In this document: positions 10,246-19,219 of the stretch, piece by piece
Layout of the letters: the number at the start of each line of letters is the position of its first letter
How positions within the stretch are numbered: position 1 is the first letter of the stretch
Source of the DNA: Phycisphaerae bacterium
Lineage (GTDB): Bacteria; Planctomycetota; Phycisphaerae; UBA1845; Fen-1342
Assembly: GCA_050115495.1 (NCBI GenBank)
Contig: JASFQK010000015.1
Location: 64,001 to 128,000 of the forward strand
Length of the DNA: 64,000 bases
Direction: 5' to 3'
Made by a program: the position numbers and the translations under genes
Notes under the pieces: model-generated
Database searches by the model: none
What the model was told of the DNA's origin: nothing
Seen by the model: only the letters and a program-made list of their open reading frames with translations

Positions 10246-11249
10246 ACCTTGTCACCGGAGCCAGCGGGCTGCTCGGCAGCCACATCGTCGAACAACTGCG
10301 TCGCCGGAACCAGCCCGTCCGCGTCCTGATGCGTCCCGGCAGCGATCGCCGCTGGCTGGAGACGCAGGGCGTCGAGTTCGTCGAGGGCGATATCACCGAG
10401 CCGGCGACGCTCGCCGCGGCCTGCGCCGGCGTCGATGCCGTGTATCACTCGGCGGCCAAGGTCGGCGACTGGGGCCCGTGGGAGGAGTTCGAGCGGGTCA
10501 CCATCGGCGGCACGCGGAACATGCTCGAAGCCGCCGCCGCCGCGGGCGTTCGGCGATTCGTGCACATCAGCTCGATCAGCGTCTTCGGGTACTACACCAA
10601 GGACCAGACGATCGACGAGTCGTTCCCGACGGGCTACGGGCTGTACCACTGGGCGTACTACAGCAAGTCGAAGATCGCCGCTGAAGAGCTGGCGCTCGAC
10701 GCTCATCGCCGGGGGCGCATCGAAGTCTCCGTCATTCGGCCGGCGTGGATCTACGGTCCGCGGGATCGGGCGACGATCGCCCGGTTGCATCGCATGGTTT
10801 CGAAGGGGCAGGCGAAGATCCTCGGCCGGGGCGACAACCGGCTGAACGTGGTCTACGCCGGCAACGTCGCCGAGGCAGCCATCACCGCCGCCGGTCTGCC
10901 CGAAGCGGCCGGCGAAGTGTTCAATTGCAGCAACGACGGTGAGATTACGCAGCAGGAGTACTTCGACCTGCTGGCCCGGACGTGCGGCGCACCGCCCGTG
11001 CGGCGACACGTGCCCTACCGCATCGCTTATCTCGCCGGCTTCGTGCTGGAATGCCTGGGGCACCTGCTGCACTGGCGCAAGCCGCCGTTCGTGACGCGTT
11101 ACGCGGTGTGGCTGATGGGCCGGCGGTCGTACTTCTCCGCGGAGAAGGCTCGGCGTGTGCTGGGCTGGCAGGCAACCGTCACATACGACGTCGGCGTCCC
11201 GCTGACGATCAAGTGGTACCTGGAACATGAACGCGAGGCTGCTTCGTAA
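10242..11249 (+). CDS. NAD-dependent epimerase/dehydratase (3-beta-HSD-like extended SDR)
   Basis: VTGASGLLG, YSKSK, IRPAWIYGPRD; ATGA overlap with tkt. Confidence 0.88.
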   Translation: MNLVTGASGLLGSHIVEQLRRRNQPVRVLMRPGSDRRWLETQGVEFVEGDITEPATLAAACAGVDAVYHSAAKVGDWGPWEEFERVTIGGTRNMLEAAAAAGVRRFVHISSISVFGYYTKDQTIDESFPTGYGLYHWAYYSKSKIAAEELALDAHRRGRIEVSVIRPAWIYGPRDRATIARLHRMVSKGQAKILGRGDNRLNVVYAGNVAEAAITAAGLPEAAGEVFNCSNDGEITQQEYFDLLARTCGAPPVRRHVPYRIAYLAGFVLECLGHLLHWRKPPFVTRYAVWLMGRRSYFSAEKARRVLGWQATVTYDVGVPLTIKWYLEHEREAAS

Positions 11250-12273
11250 CTGCGCCGGACGGGCGCTGCTCGGTGCTGCCCTGCTGCTGTCGCTCGCGGC
11301 CTGCGACCGACCGTCGGGCCCGCAGCGCGTCAGCGGCACGTACGCCATGATGGGCACCGAGGCGACGATCACCGTGATCGCCGACGAGGCCAAGATCGCG
11401 CGGCGGGCGGCGAGCGGCGCCTTTGCTCGCCTGGGAAGAGTCAACTTCCTGATGAGCGACTACACCGCCAACAGCGAGATCGGCCTGCTCAACCGGCTTG
11501 GCCCGAACAGAAGGCTGGTCGTGTCGCCGGAGACGTTCGCTTGCGTGGAGGCGGCCCTGAACGTCGCCGAGCGTAGCGGCGGCGCGTTCGATCCGACGTG
11601 TCGTCCGCTCGTGCATCTGTGGAAGGAAGCGGGCAAGGCGGGCCGGCTGCCGTCGGCAGAGGCACTGGCGGAGGTGCGGCAGCGCGTCGGCTGGCAGAAA
11701 GTGCGGCTCAATCACACGGACCACTCGGTGGCCCTCACCGTCGACGGTATGCAGTTGGATCTCGGCGGCATTGCCAAGGGCTACGCCCTCGACCTGGCGG
11801 CGAAGGGCATGCTTGTCCATCCGGTCAAGGGCGGCCTGGTCGACGTCGGCGGCGACATCGTCGCGTTTGGCAAGCAGGAAGACGGCGGATTGTGGCACGT
11901 CGGCATACGCGACCCGTTTCAGCCCGACCACACCAAGAGCATGTTCGTCCTCGAGTTGACCGACCTCGCCGTCTGCACGTCGGGAATGCAGGAACGCTTC
12001 TACGAGATCGAGGGGCGCCGCTACTCGCACATCGTCGATCCGCGCACCGGGCAGCCGGCGGCGGAAGCTCCGGCCGTCACGGTCATCGGCCCCGACGGCA
12101 TGACCGCCGACGCGTGGGCCACGACGCTGAGCGTGCTGAGTGTGGCGGAAGGGCAGACCCTGCTGGCCGGGCCGGCCGCCGACGTGGGCCTCGAAGTCAT
12201 GTGGATCACCGGCACCGCCGACGCCCCGCAGATTACGAAGACGGCGGGGTTCGACCGTTACCTGGTCAAATGA
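11227..12273 (+). CDS. apbE: FAD:protein FMN transferase lipoprotein
   Basis: Lipobox LAAC, MGT, GAFDPT, LDLGGIAKGY, TSG, HIVDPRTG, ADAWAT; adjacent to rnf. Confidence 0.93.
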   Translation: MNARLLRNCAGRALLGAALLLSLAACDRPSGPQRVSGTYAMMGTEATITVIADEAKIARRAASGAFARLGRVNFLMSDYTANSEIGLLNRLGPNRRLVVSPETFACVEAALNVAERSGGAFDPTCRPLVHLWKEAGKAGRLPSAEALAEVRQRVGWQKVRLNHTDHSVALTVDGMQLDLGGIAKGYALDLAAKGMLVHPVKGGLVDVGGDIVAFGKQEDGGLWHVGIRDPFQPDHTKSMFVLELTDLAVCTSGMQERFYEIEGRRYSHIVDPRTGQPAAEAPAVTVIGPDGMTADAWATTLSVLSVAEGQTLLAGPAADVGLEVMWITGTADAPQITKTAGFDRYLVK

Positions 12274-12302
12274 CGACGTGATCGACCGAACGGCGCCGTA
12301 CG

Positions 12303-13175
12303 CTACTCGCTCGCGGCGGCGGTGGCCGCCTCTTCCTCGGCCAGTTGCTCCACGTACTCGGGCTTGGGTTCGCCGAAGTAGACGAGCACCTTCGCCGGGC
12401 ACTTGGCGAAGACGGGGGCGAACTGCTCCTGACCCGTCTCCGGCGTGTACTTGTCGTAGTTCAGGTGGGCGAGGTTGTCGGTGACCTCGAACAGGTCGGC
12501 GAAGATGCGCTGGCAGGCCTTGCAGCCGACACAGCCGACGTCGCAGACCTGCTTGACGTTGCGGGCCGGCTCCTTGTTGGCGCAGGCGACGACGAGCATC
12601 TGCTCACGCTTGAAGGGAATCTGCTCGATGAGGTTCCGCGGGCAGGCCTTCACGCAGGCACCGCAGCCGGTGCACATGGCGTAATCGACTTCGGGCTTGC
12701 CCTCGATCATGTGGAGGGCGTCGAAGTTGCACGCCCGCGAGCAGTCGCCGAACCCGAGGCAGCCATACGTGCACGCCTGGGTGACACCGACGATGTTCGC
12801 CTCGGCGCACGTCCGCACGCCGTCGTAGGGCACCACGCCGTGCTTGTCCGCGGTGCGGGCGGCGCAATGGATCACCGGCCGATAGGGGAAGGTCTTGACG
12901 ACCTCGATGCCGAGGATTTCGGCGACCTTCTCGGCGGTCTTCGAGCCGCCGACGGGACAGCCGTCGCACTCGGCGCGGCCTTCGACGACGGCTTTGGCGA
13001 AATCGGCGCAGCCGGCGAAGCCGCAGCCACCGCAGTTGGCCGACGGCAGGGCGTCGGTCACCGCGGGGATGCGCGGGTCTTCCACGACCTTGAGCTTCTC
13101 CTTGGCCACGCCGAGGAGGGTCGCAAACGCGAGCGTCAGTCCGAACAGCACGATTCCGGCCAGCAGCACCACCAT
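12303..13175 (-). CDS. rnfB: Rnf complex subunit B
   Basis: LPSANCGGCGFAGC, CPVGG, ferredoxin motifs CLGFGDC and CTGCGACVKACP. Confidence 0.93.
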   Translation of the reverse strand: MVVLLAGIVLFGLTLAFATLLGVAKEKLKVVEDPRIPAVTDALPSANCGGCGFAGCADFAKAVVEGRAECDGCPVGGSKTAEKVAEILGIEVVKTFPYRPVIHCAARTADKHGVVPYDGVRTCAEANIVGVTQACTYGCLGFGDCSRACNFDALHMIEGKPEVDYAMCTGCGACVKACPRNLIEQIPFKREQMLVVACANKEPARNVKQVCDVGCVGCKACQRIFADLFEVTDNLAHLNYDKYTPETGQEQFAPVFAKCPAKVLVYFGEPKPEYVEQLAEEEAATAAASE

Positions 13176-13194
13176 GGTGTACGTCTCCGCAGTC

Positions 13195-13818
13195 TTACTT
13201 GCCCATCCCGGTGAAGCCCATGAACGCCAGGGCCAGAATGCCCGCAACCAGGAGTGTGATGCCCGCACCCTGTAACGACTTAGGCACGTCGCTGAAGCGA
13301 ATGTGCTCGCGGATGCCGGCCATGATGGTGATGGCCATCATGAAGCCGATGCCGCCGCCGAAAGCGAAGATCGCCGATTGCAGCAGGCTCCGCTGGTAGT
13401 CCTCGTTCATGTCGATCAGCAGGCAGGCCCCCAGGATGGCGCAGTTGGTCGTGATCAGCGGCAAGAACACGCCGAACGCTGTGTACAGCGGCGGGAAGAA
13501 CTTCTTCAGGTACATCTCGACGAGCTGGACCATCGAGGCGATGACCATGATGAAGGCGACGTACTTCAGGAAGTACAGCGCCCCCGGATTGCCGAGCAAA
13601 TTGGCCCCGATGGGCTCGAAGATGCCGTGGACGATGAGCCAGGTGACGATGCCCGAGACGGTCATGACGAAGGTGACAGCGCAGCCCATGCCGAAGGCCA
13701 TGTCCACCTTGCGCGACACACCGAGGAAGGGGCAGATGCCCAGGAAACCCTGAAGCACCAGGTTGTTCACCAGGACGACGCTGATGAAGACGCCGACGAG
13801 TGCGCCGAAATCCATCAC
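13195..13818 (-). CDS. rnfA: Rnf complex subunit A
   Basis: NNLVL..FLGICPFLGVS; LPLITTNCAILG. Confidence 0.95.
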   Translation of the reverse strand: MMDFGALVGVFISVVLVNNLVLQGFLGICPFLGVSRKVDMAFGMGCAVTFVMTVSGIVTWLIVHGIFEPIGANLLGNPGALYFLKYVAFIMVIASMVQLVEMYLKKFFPPLYTAFGVFLPLITTNCAILGACLLIDMNEDYQRSLLQSAIFAFGGGIGFMMAITIMAGIREHIRFSDVPKSLQGAGITLLVAGILALAFMGFTGMGK

Positions 13819-14444
13819 GCACCTCCCTGCGCCCGGCGGGCGCGGACGTGGTTGAAGATGCCGATGACCACGCCGAGCGTCAGAAACGCCCCCGGCGGCA
13901 GGATCATGATGATCCAGGCGTGGGGCTCAAACAGCTTGAGGTTCAACGGCGTCCAGCCCAGGATCGTCCCCGAACCCATCGCCTCGCGGATCACACCGAG
14001 GATGCACAGAGCGATGGTGAAGCCCAGGCCGATGCCGGCGGCGTCCGCCAGCGAACGCCCCAGGCCGCTCTTGATGGCTACCACCTCGGCACGGCAGATG
14101 ATGATGCAATTGACGATGATCAACGGGACGAAGGGGCCGAGGTTGACGCTGATCTCCCACACGAACGCCTTCAGCACCAGGTCGGCGATCGTCACGAACG
14201 TGGCGATGGTGAGCGTGAAGATGAGGATGCGCACGTGCGGCTTGATCAGATGCCGCAGCGTGCTGGTGATCAGGTTGGACATGAACACCACGAACGTCGC
14301 CGCCAGCCCCATCACCAGGGCGTTCGCCACCGAGTTGGTGATGGCCAGCGTCGGACACATCCCCAGGAGCTGCACCAGCACCGGGTTGTTAGACAGCACG
14401 CCCTCCTTGAACTGCTGGAGGTTGGAGCCGTTTTCGTCTGCCAT
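13815..14444 (-). CDS. rnfE: Rnf complex subunit E
   Basis: NNPVLVQLLGMCPTLAIT; PLIIVNCII; LPPGAF. Confidence 0.95.
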   Translation of the reverse strand: MADENGSNLQQFKEGVLSNNPVLVQLLGMCPTLAITNSVANALVMGLAATFVVFMSNLITSTLRHLIKPHVRILIFTLTIATFVTIADLVLKAFVWEISVNLGPFVPLIIVNCIIICRAEVVAIKSGLGRSLADAAGIGLGFTIALCILGVIREAMGSGTILGWTPLNLKLFEPHAWIIMILPPGAFLTLGVVIGIFNHVRARRAQGGA

Positions 14445-14487
14445 GCGCTTGCACTCCCGTCATCCGCCGCCGCGGGCGGATCGCCGG

Positions 14488-15054
14488 CTACTCGTAGGTC
14501 AGTTCGCTCAGCCGCGGCCGCACCTCGCTGGTTACGCGGTTGAGGATGTCGGTCACGTAGTTGCTCGAATAGGTGGCGCCGGTAATGGCCTTGATTTCGT
14601 TCGCGCCCTCCGCCGGGTCGTTCTTGGTCACCGTCGCCGGCCGGGCGGCGTCCAGGCCGCGGTACTGAAGAATCCACTCGCCGCGAATCTTGTTGCCCAA
14701 CCCGGGGGTCTCCTTGTCGTCAATCACCTTGACACCGAGCACCTTCTCGCCGGCCAGATCGAGGCCCACGACAACCGTGAGCTTGTCGACGAAGCCGATG
14801 CCGGTCGCCCTGACAGCCCAGCCGACCTGCTGGCCGTCGGCGTCGAGGCACTTGAAGACCGTCGTCTTCTCGTCGAACTTCGCCTCGGGCATCTGCACGG
14901 TGCCCGGAGTGACGTCGCCGATCGCCTCTTCCAGGGCCTGCTTCCGGTTCGCCTGGATCTTCGCGTCCAGCGACGTCTGCGTGCCCGCCAGCAGCACCGC
15001 GAACACGATGCCCATCACCAGTACCAGCCACGATTCGTCCACGAATTTCTTCAC
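14488..15054 (-). CDS. rnfG: Rnf complex subunit G (FMN-binding)
   Basis: N-terminal TM, ETPGLG, flavinylation motif ITGATYSS; GTG start. Confidence 0.92.
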   Translation of the reverse strand: MKKFVDESWLVLVMGIVFAVLLAGTQTSLDAKIQANRKQALEEAIGDVTPGTVQMPEAKFDEKTTVFKCLDADGQQVGWAVRATGIGFVDKLTVVVGLDLAGEKVLGVKVIDDKETPGLGNKIRGEWILQYRGLDAARPATVTKNDPAEGANEIKAITGATYSSNYVTDILNRVTSEVRPRLSELTYE

Positions 15055-15101
15055 TGCACCGTCTCCCTTTCGCCGGGCCCGCAGCGCCCGGCGAAGTGTA
15101 C

Positions 15102-16223
15102 CTAGGCCGCCGGCACCTTCCCGCCAAACGGTGTCGGCACCGTCCAGCGCTCGATCAGGGGCGTCAGGGCGTTCATGATCAGAATCGCGAACATGAACCC
15201 TTCCGGGTACACGCCGAACACACGAATCAGCACCACCAGCACACCCACGCCGACGGCGAAAACCCACCGTCCGCGCGGCGTAACCGGCGCCCCGACGTAG
15301 TCCGTGGCGATGAAGAACGCCCCGAACATCAGGGCCCCGCTGGTCAGTTGGTACAGCGGGTTGGCGTAGCGGCCCGAGTCGATCAGATACAGAATCGTCG
15401 TGAACACCGCCACGCTGCCCAGCACCCCTACCGGCATCCGCCAGTCCGCCACCCGCCGGATCACCAGGTACATCCCGGCGAGGAAGGCGATCAGGGCGCT
15501 GGTCTCACCGACGCAGCCACGGACGTTGCCGATGAGCAGTTGCCAGAGCCCGGGCATCTCCTGGCGGACCTTCTCGGCCTCGGCCACGAACTCCTCGGCC
15601 TTGTCCGGGTCGGCCTGCGCCTTGCCGACGAACTCCCGCAGCTTGGCCGCCTGGTACAGCGGCGTCGCGGTCGACGTGGCGTCGACACCCGCGGCCTTCA
15701 TCGGCGCCGTATGCGACCACAGAACCATCGCCGCCGGGAAGCAGATCATCAGAAACGCCCGGCCGACCATCGCCGGGTTAAACAGGTTCTGGCCCAGCCC
15801 GCCGAACACGGCCTTGGCCAGGGCAATAGCGACGATGCCGCCGATGAAGGCCATGTAGAACTTCGACGACGTGGCCATCGACGGAGGCAGCGAGAAGGCC
15901 AGGATCATACCGGTGACGATGGCCGAGCCGTCGGCCAGCGACGACTGCCGCCGACCGCGGATCCAGTTGGCCGCCGCCTCCGCCACCAGGCAGCCCGCCA
16001 CGGTCGTGACGACCAGCACCAGGGCCGACAGCCGGTACATGTAGATGGCCACGGCCAGCAGCGGCAGCATGGCCAGCACGACCTCGAACATGATCCGCCG
16101 GGTCGTCGTGCCCTCGCTCAGGTGTGGCGACGACGCGACGTGGAAAGCCGGAGGCGGCGCCGGTTCGGCCGGCTTCTCCGGCGGGGGAGGTACGCTATCT
16201 GCCTGACTCATCGAATCGGCCAC
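15102..16223 (-). CDS. rnfD: Rnf complex subunit D
   Basis: SSPH, FGGLGQNLFNPAMVGRAFL, DATSTATPL (FMN site), GCVGETS, FFIATD. Confidence 0.95.
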   Translation of the reverse strand: MADSMSQADSVPPPPEKPAEPAPPPAFHVASSPHLSEGTTTRRIMFEVVLAMLPLLAVAIYMYRLSALVLVVTTVAGCLVAEAAANWIRGRRQSSLADGSAIVTGMILAFSLPPSMATSSKFYMAFIGGIVAIALAKAVFGGLGQNLFNPAMVGRAFLMICFPAAMVLWSHTAPMKAAGVDATSTATPLYQAAKLREFVGKAQADPDKAEEFVAEAEKVRQEMPGLWQLLIGNVRGCVGETSALIAFLAGMYLVIRRVADWRMPVGVLGSVAVFTTILYLIDSGRYANPLYQLTSGALMFGAFFIATDYVGAPVTPRGRWVFAVGVGVLVVLIRVFGVYPEGFMFAILIMNALTPLIERWTVPTPFGGKVPAA

Positions 16224-16241
16224 TCCTCTCAGATGCGCTGA

Positions 16242-17678
16242 CTAGGACGCCTTCTGCTCTGCTGCCTGGCGGGCCTTCTCGGCTTCGGCCTTGCGCCGCC
16301 GTTCGGCCTGAATCGCCCGCAACTGGGTCTTGCCGCTGCGCATGTACTGCGGCAGCGGGATGTGCGCCGGACACACAAACGCGCAGCACCCGCACTCGCA
16401 GCAAGCCATCAGGTCATACTGCTCGGCCATCTCCATGTCGTGGAACTTGACGGCGTGGGCCAGCTTCGTCGGCGACAGGTACAACGGGCAGTTGTCGATG
16501 CACCGCCCGCAGCGGATGCACGGCCCCTCCTCGACGTGGTCGACCTCGTCGTCCGTCAGCACCAGAATGCCGTTGACGCCCTTCACGACGGGCACGTTCA
16601 GGTTGGGCACCGTCGGGCCCATCATCGGGCCGCCGGCGATGACCTTGACTGTGTTGGCCGTCACGCCGCCGCAAGTCTCGATCAGCTCGCTGAACGCCGT
16701 GCCGATGGGCACCAGGTAATTCCCCGGCTGCCGCACGCCGCCGCCGGTTATGGAGACCACGCGGTGCGTAAAGGGCTGCTGACGGACGACGGCGCGGGCG
16801 ATGCTATGCGCGGTCGCGACGTTCACCACGACGACGCCGACATCCAGCGGCAGGCCGCGCGGCGCGCTCGGCACCGTGCGCTTCAGCACCGCCGGAATGA
16901 GCTGCCGTTCGCCGCCCATCGGGTACTTCGTCGCACAGACGACGAGCTCGAGCCTCGGCCGGCCGTTGATGATCTTGCGCATCAGCTCGATGGCGTCGGG
17001 CTTGTTCTCTTCGATGGCAACGATGCCACGCTCGGCACCGGCCGCGTGCACGGCGAGCTGCAACCCGGTGACGATCGCCTCCGGGCATTCGAGCATGAGA
17101 CGATGGTCGGCGGTCAGGTACGGCTCGCACTCGGCGCCATTGAGAATGACCGTGTCCACCGGACGTTCGGGGTTGCGCTTGAGCTTGATGAACGTGGGGA
17201 ACGTCGCCCCGCCCTGCCCCACCAGGCCCATCGCCCGCAACTGCTTGCAGATCTCCTCGGGGTCGTAGCTCGTGGGCTCGACGCCGTCCCAGTTGCGATC
17301 GAGGAACTGCTCGAGGAAGTCCTCGGGCATGGCCGGACCCTCGGCCGGCAGCTTGATCGTCACGGCCGGCACCCGCCGTCCCGACGGCAGCAGGGCGATC
17401 GTCGACGCCCCGACCGTGCCGTTGATGGACGAGTGAATCGGCGCCGAGACGAACGACTCGGTGTCGGCGATGCGATCGCCCAGCTTCACCTCGTCACGCA
17501 GCTTCACCACCGGCGTGCAGGCCGCCCCGAGGTTCTGCGCCATCGGAACGATCAGGTCCTTCTTCGGCACGAACAGCTTGATGGGCAGCGATTCGGTGTA
17601 TTCCTTCCGATGCGGCGGATGGATGCCCCGCTGGAAGCTGCACAAACCGGACGAACCACTCACAATGCCGGCGCTCAT
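16242..17678 (-). CDS. rnfC: Rnf complex subunit C
   Basis: GLVGQGGATFPT, NGAECEPYLTAD, KYPMGGE, GGPMMG, CIRCGRCIDNCP, CCECGCCAFVCP. Confidence 0.95.
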   Translation of the reverse strand: MSAGIVSGSSGLCSFQRGIHPPHRKEYTESLPIKLFVPKKDLIVPMAQNLGAACTPVVKLRDEVKLGDRIADTESFVSAPIHSSINGTVGASTIALLPSGRRVPAVTIKLPAEGPAMPEDFLEQFLDRNWDGVEPTSYDPEEICKQLRAMGLVGQGGATFPTFIKLKRNPERPVDTVILNGAECEPYLTADHRLMLECPEAIVTGLQLAVHAAGAERGIVAIEENKPDAIELMRKIINGRPRLELVVCATKYPMGGERQLIPAVLKRTVPSAPRGLPLDVGVVVVNVATAHSIARAVVRQQPFTHRVVSITGGGVRQPGNYLVPIGTAFSELIETCGGVTANTVKVIAGGPMMGPTVPNLNVPVVKGVNGILVLTDDEVDHVEEGPCIRCGRCIDNCPLYLSPTKLAHAVKFHDMEMAEQYDLMACCECGCCAFVCPAHIPLPQYMRSGKTQLRAIQAERRRKAEAEKARQAAEQKAS

Positions 17679-18079
17679 TCGCCACCTCCGGCCGAGTCTT
17701 TCCGCTGATTCGAGACCAACATGAGCAATCCCTTCGCGATCGCGGCGCCCACCGCCAGACCGAGCAGCATCCCCGCGAACTGCCACCAGCCCAGGCTCGC
17801 GCCGGACTTCACCGCCAGCAACCGTCCCGCCGCCCACGCACCCGCCAGAGCGCTGACGAGCGGCAACAGGAAGACCGCAGCACACGAGCCGACCAGCAGG
17901 CCACCCTCGCTATACCGGCGGACTTCGGGATCGAGCAGACGCTGCGTGGGGTCGCCGCCGTCTTTCATGAGCGGACAGGAATCGGTTCCGTCGCCGTGGC
18001 CGTGGCCGTGGCCGTGGCCGTGGCAGTGCCCGCCACAACCAAACCAGAACCGCTCCAGCATGTTGGTGAGGAAGCTCAT
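17675..18079 (-). CDS. RseC/MucC-like membrane protein with Cys/His-rich N-terminus
   Basis: First gene of the rnf operon; two C-terminal TM helices (AAVFLLPLVSALAGAW); CGGHC(HG)5DGTDSC. Confidence 0.6.
   Translation of the reverse strand: MSFLTNMLERFWFGCGGHCHGHGHGHGHGDGTDSCPLMKDGGDPTQRLLDPEVRRYSEGGLLVGSCAAVFLLPLVSALAGAWAAGRLLAVKSGASLGWWQFAGMLLGLAVGAAIAKGLLMLVSNQRKDSAGGGE
17993..18022. repeat. Hexamer tandem repeat (GCCGTG)5 encoding (His-Gly)5
   Basis: Five perfect copies plus one degenerate copy (GCAGTG). Confidence 0.9.
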
Positions 18080-18352
18080 GATCCGCTCATTGCCGCGAAA
18101 GTCCGCCTACGTAGCTCAAAACGAACCAGTATGCAAGAGCCGTGCTAGTTTGATCTAATCACCACATGTTTTAGTGCTATTACATACCAGTTCAAAACCA
18201 CACGAATCCCCCGTTTTCGGGGTCCGGCGGAGGACGCGACCCTCGCCGCCGATGTCCCCGAACTGTCCGACTGCGCGGAATTCCCCGCCCCGGGCGCGGA
18301 ACACCCGCGCCTGGACGCGCCGCCGGATACTTGCACAATGGCACCCTTGGCA

Positions 18353-18446
18353 GTCCGTTGGAAAAGGGAACTGGCTCCGAGCCACAGGGCCCGCACTGCG
18401 TCGGCAACCGGCCGCAGCGAAGTGCCTGTCCCCTTCTTCGACGGAC
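18353..18446. repeat. ~95-bp MITE-like palindromic element, copy 1
   Basis: Imperfect terminal IRs GTCCGTTGGAAAAGGGA / TCCCCTTCTTCGACGGAC; inverted homologue at about 41280-41371. Confidence 0.6.
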
Positions 18447-18480
18447 TCTGCGCCCCGGCACGTGCTGCGGAGGACCCCAA

Positions 18481-19209
18481 GTGATCTCGACCGCCACTGA
18501 CAGGGACGGCCCGCTCGTGCGCGTCGAGCTGGCCAGTCGCGTCTTCCGGATGGGCGAAGTCGAAGTTCCCGCCCTCAGCGAAGCCACGCTCGACGTGCGC
18601 CCCGGCGAGTTCGTCGTCATCCTGGGCCCCTCCGGCTCGGGCAAGACCACGCTGCTGAACCTGATCGGCGGGCTCGACCAACCCACGCGCGGCCGCGTCT
18701 GGTACCGCGATCTCGATCTCACCGCCCTCAACGCCGAGGGGCTCACCGGTTTCCGCCGGGACAAGATCGGTTTCATCTTCCAGTTCTACAACCTCGTGCC
18801 GACGCTGACCGCCCGCGAGAACGTGCAGGTGGCAACCGAGCTCGTCGTCGACCCGCTCGATCCCGGCAAGGCGCTCGCCCTCGTCGAGCTCGAAAACCGC
18901 GCCGGGCACTTTCCCGCCCAGCTCTCCGGCGGCGAGCAGCAGCGCGTGGCGATTGCCCGCGCCCTGGCCAAGCGCCCCGAGCTGCTCCTGGCCGACGAGC
19001 CCACCGGGGCGCTCGATCTGGAGACAGCCCGCCGGGTGCTCGGCATGTTACAGCAGCTCAACCGCACGCGCGGTTTGACCACGATCCTGATCACGCACAA
19101 CCCGGCGATCGCCCGCATCGCCGGCCGCACCGTCCGCATGGCCAGCGGGCGGATCGAAGAGTCACGCGAGAACGACAACGTCATCGACGCCGCCGAGGTT
19201 TCTTGGTAG
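18481..19209 (+). CDS. ABC transporter ATP-binding protein (LolD/MacB-like)
   Basis: [40 protein letters not shown] after GGAGG. Confidence 0.93.
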   Translation: MISTATDRDGPLVRVELASRVFRMGEVEVPALSEATLDVRPGEFVVILGPSGSGKTTLLNLIGGLDQPTRGRVWYRDLDLTALNAEGLTGFRRDKIGFIFQFYNLVPTLTARENVQVATELVVDPLDPGKALALVELENRAGHFPAQLSGGEQQRVAIARALAKRPELLLADEPTGALDLETARRVLGMLQQLNRTRGLTTILITHNPAIARIAGRTVRMASGRIEESRENDNVIDAAEVSW

Positions 19210-19219
19210 GAACCGGCCG

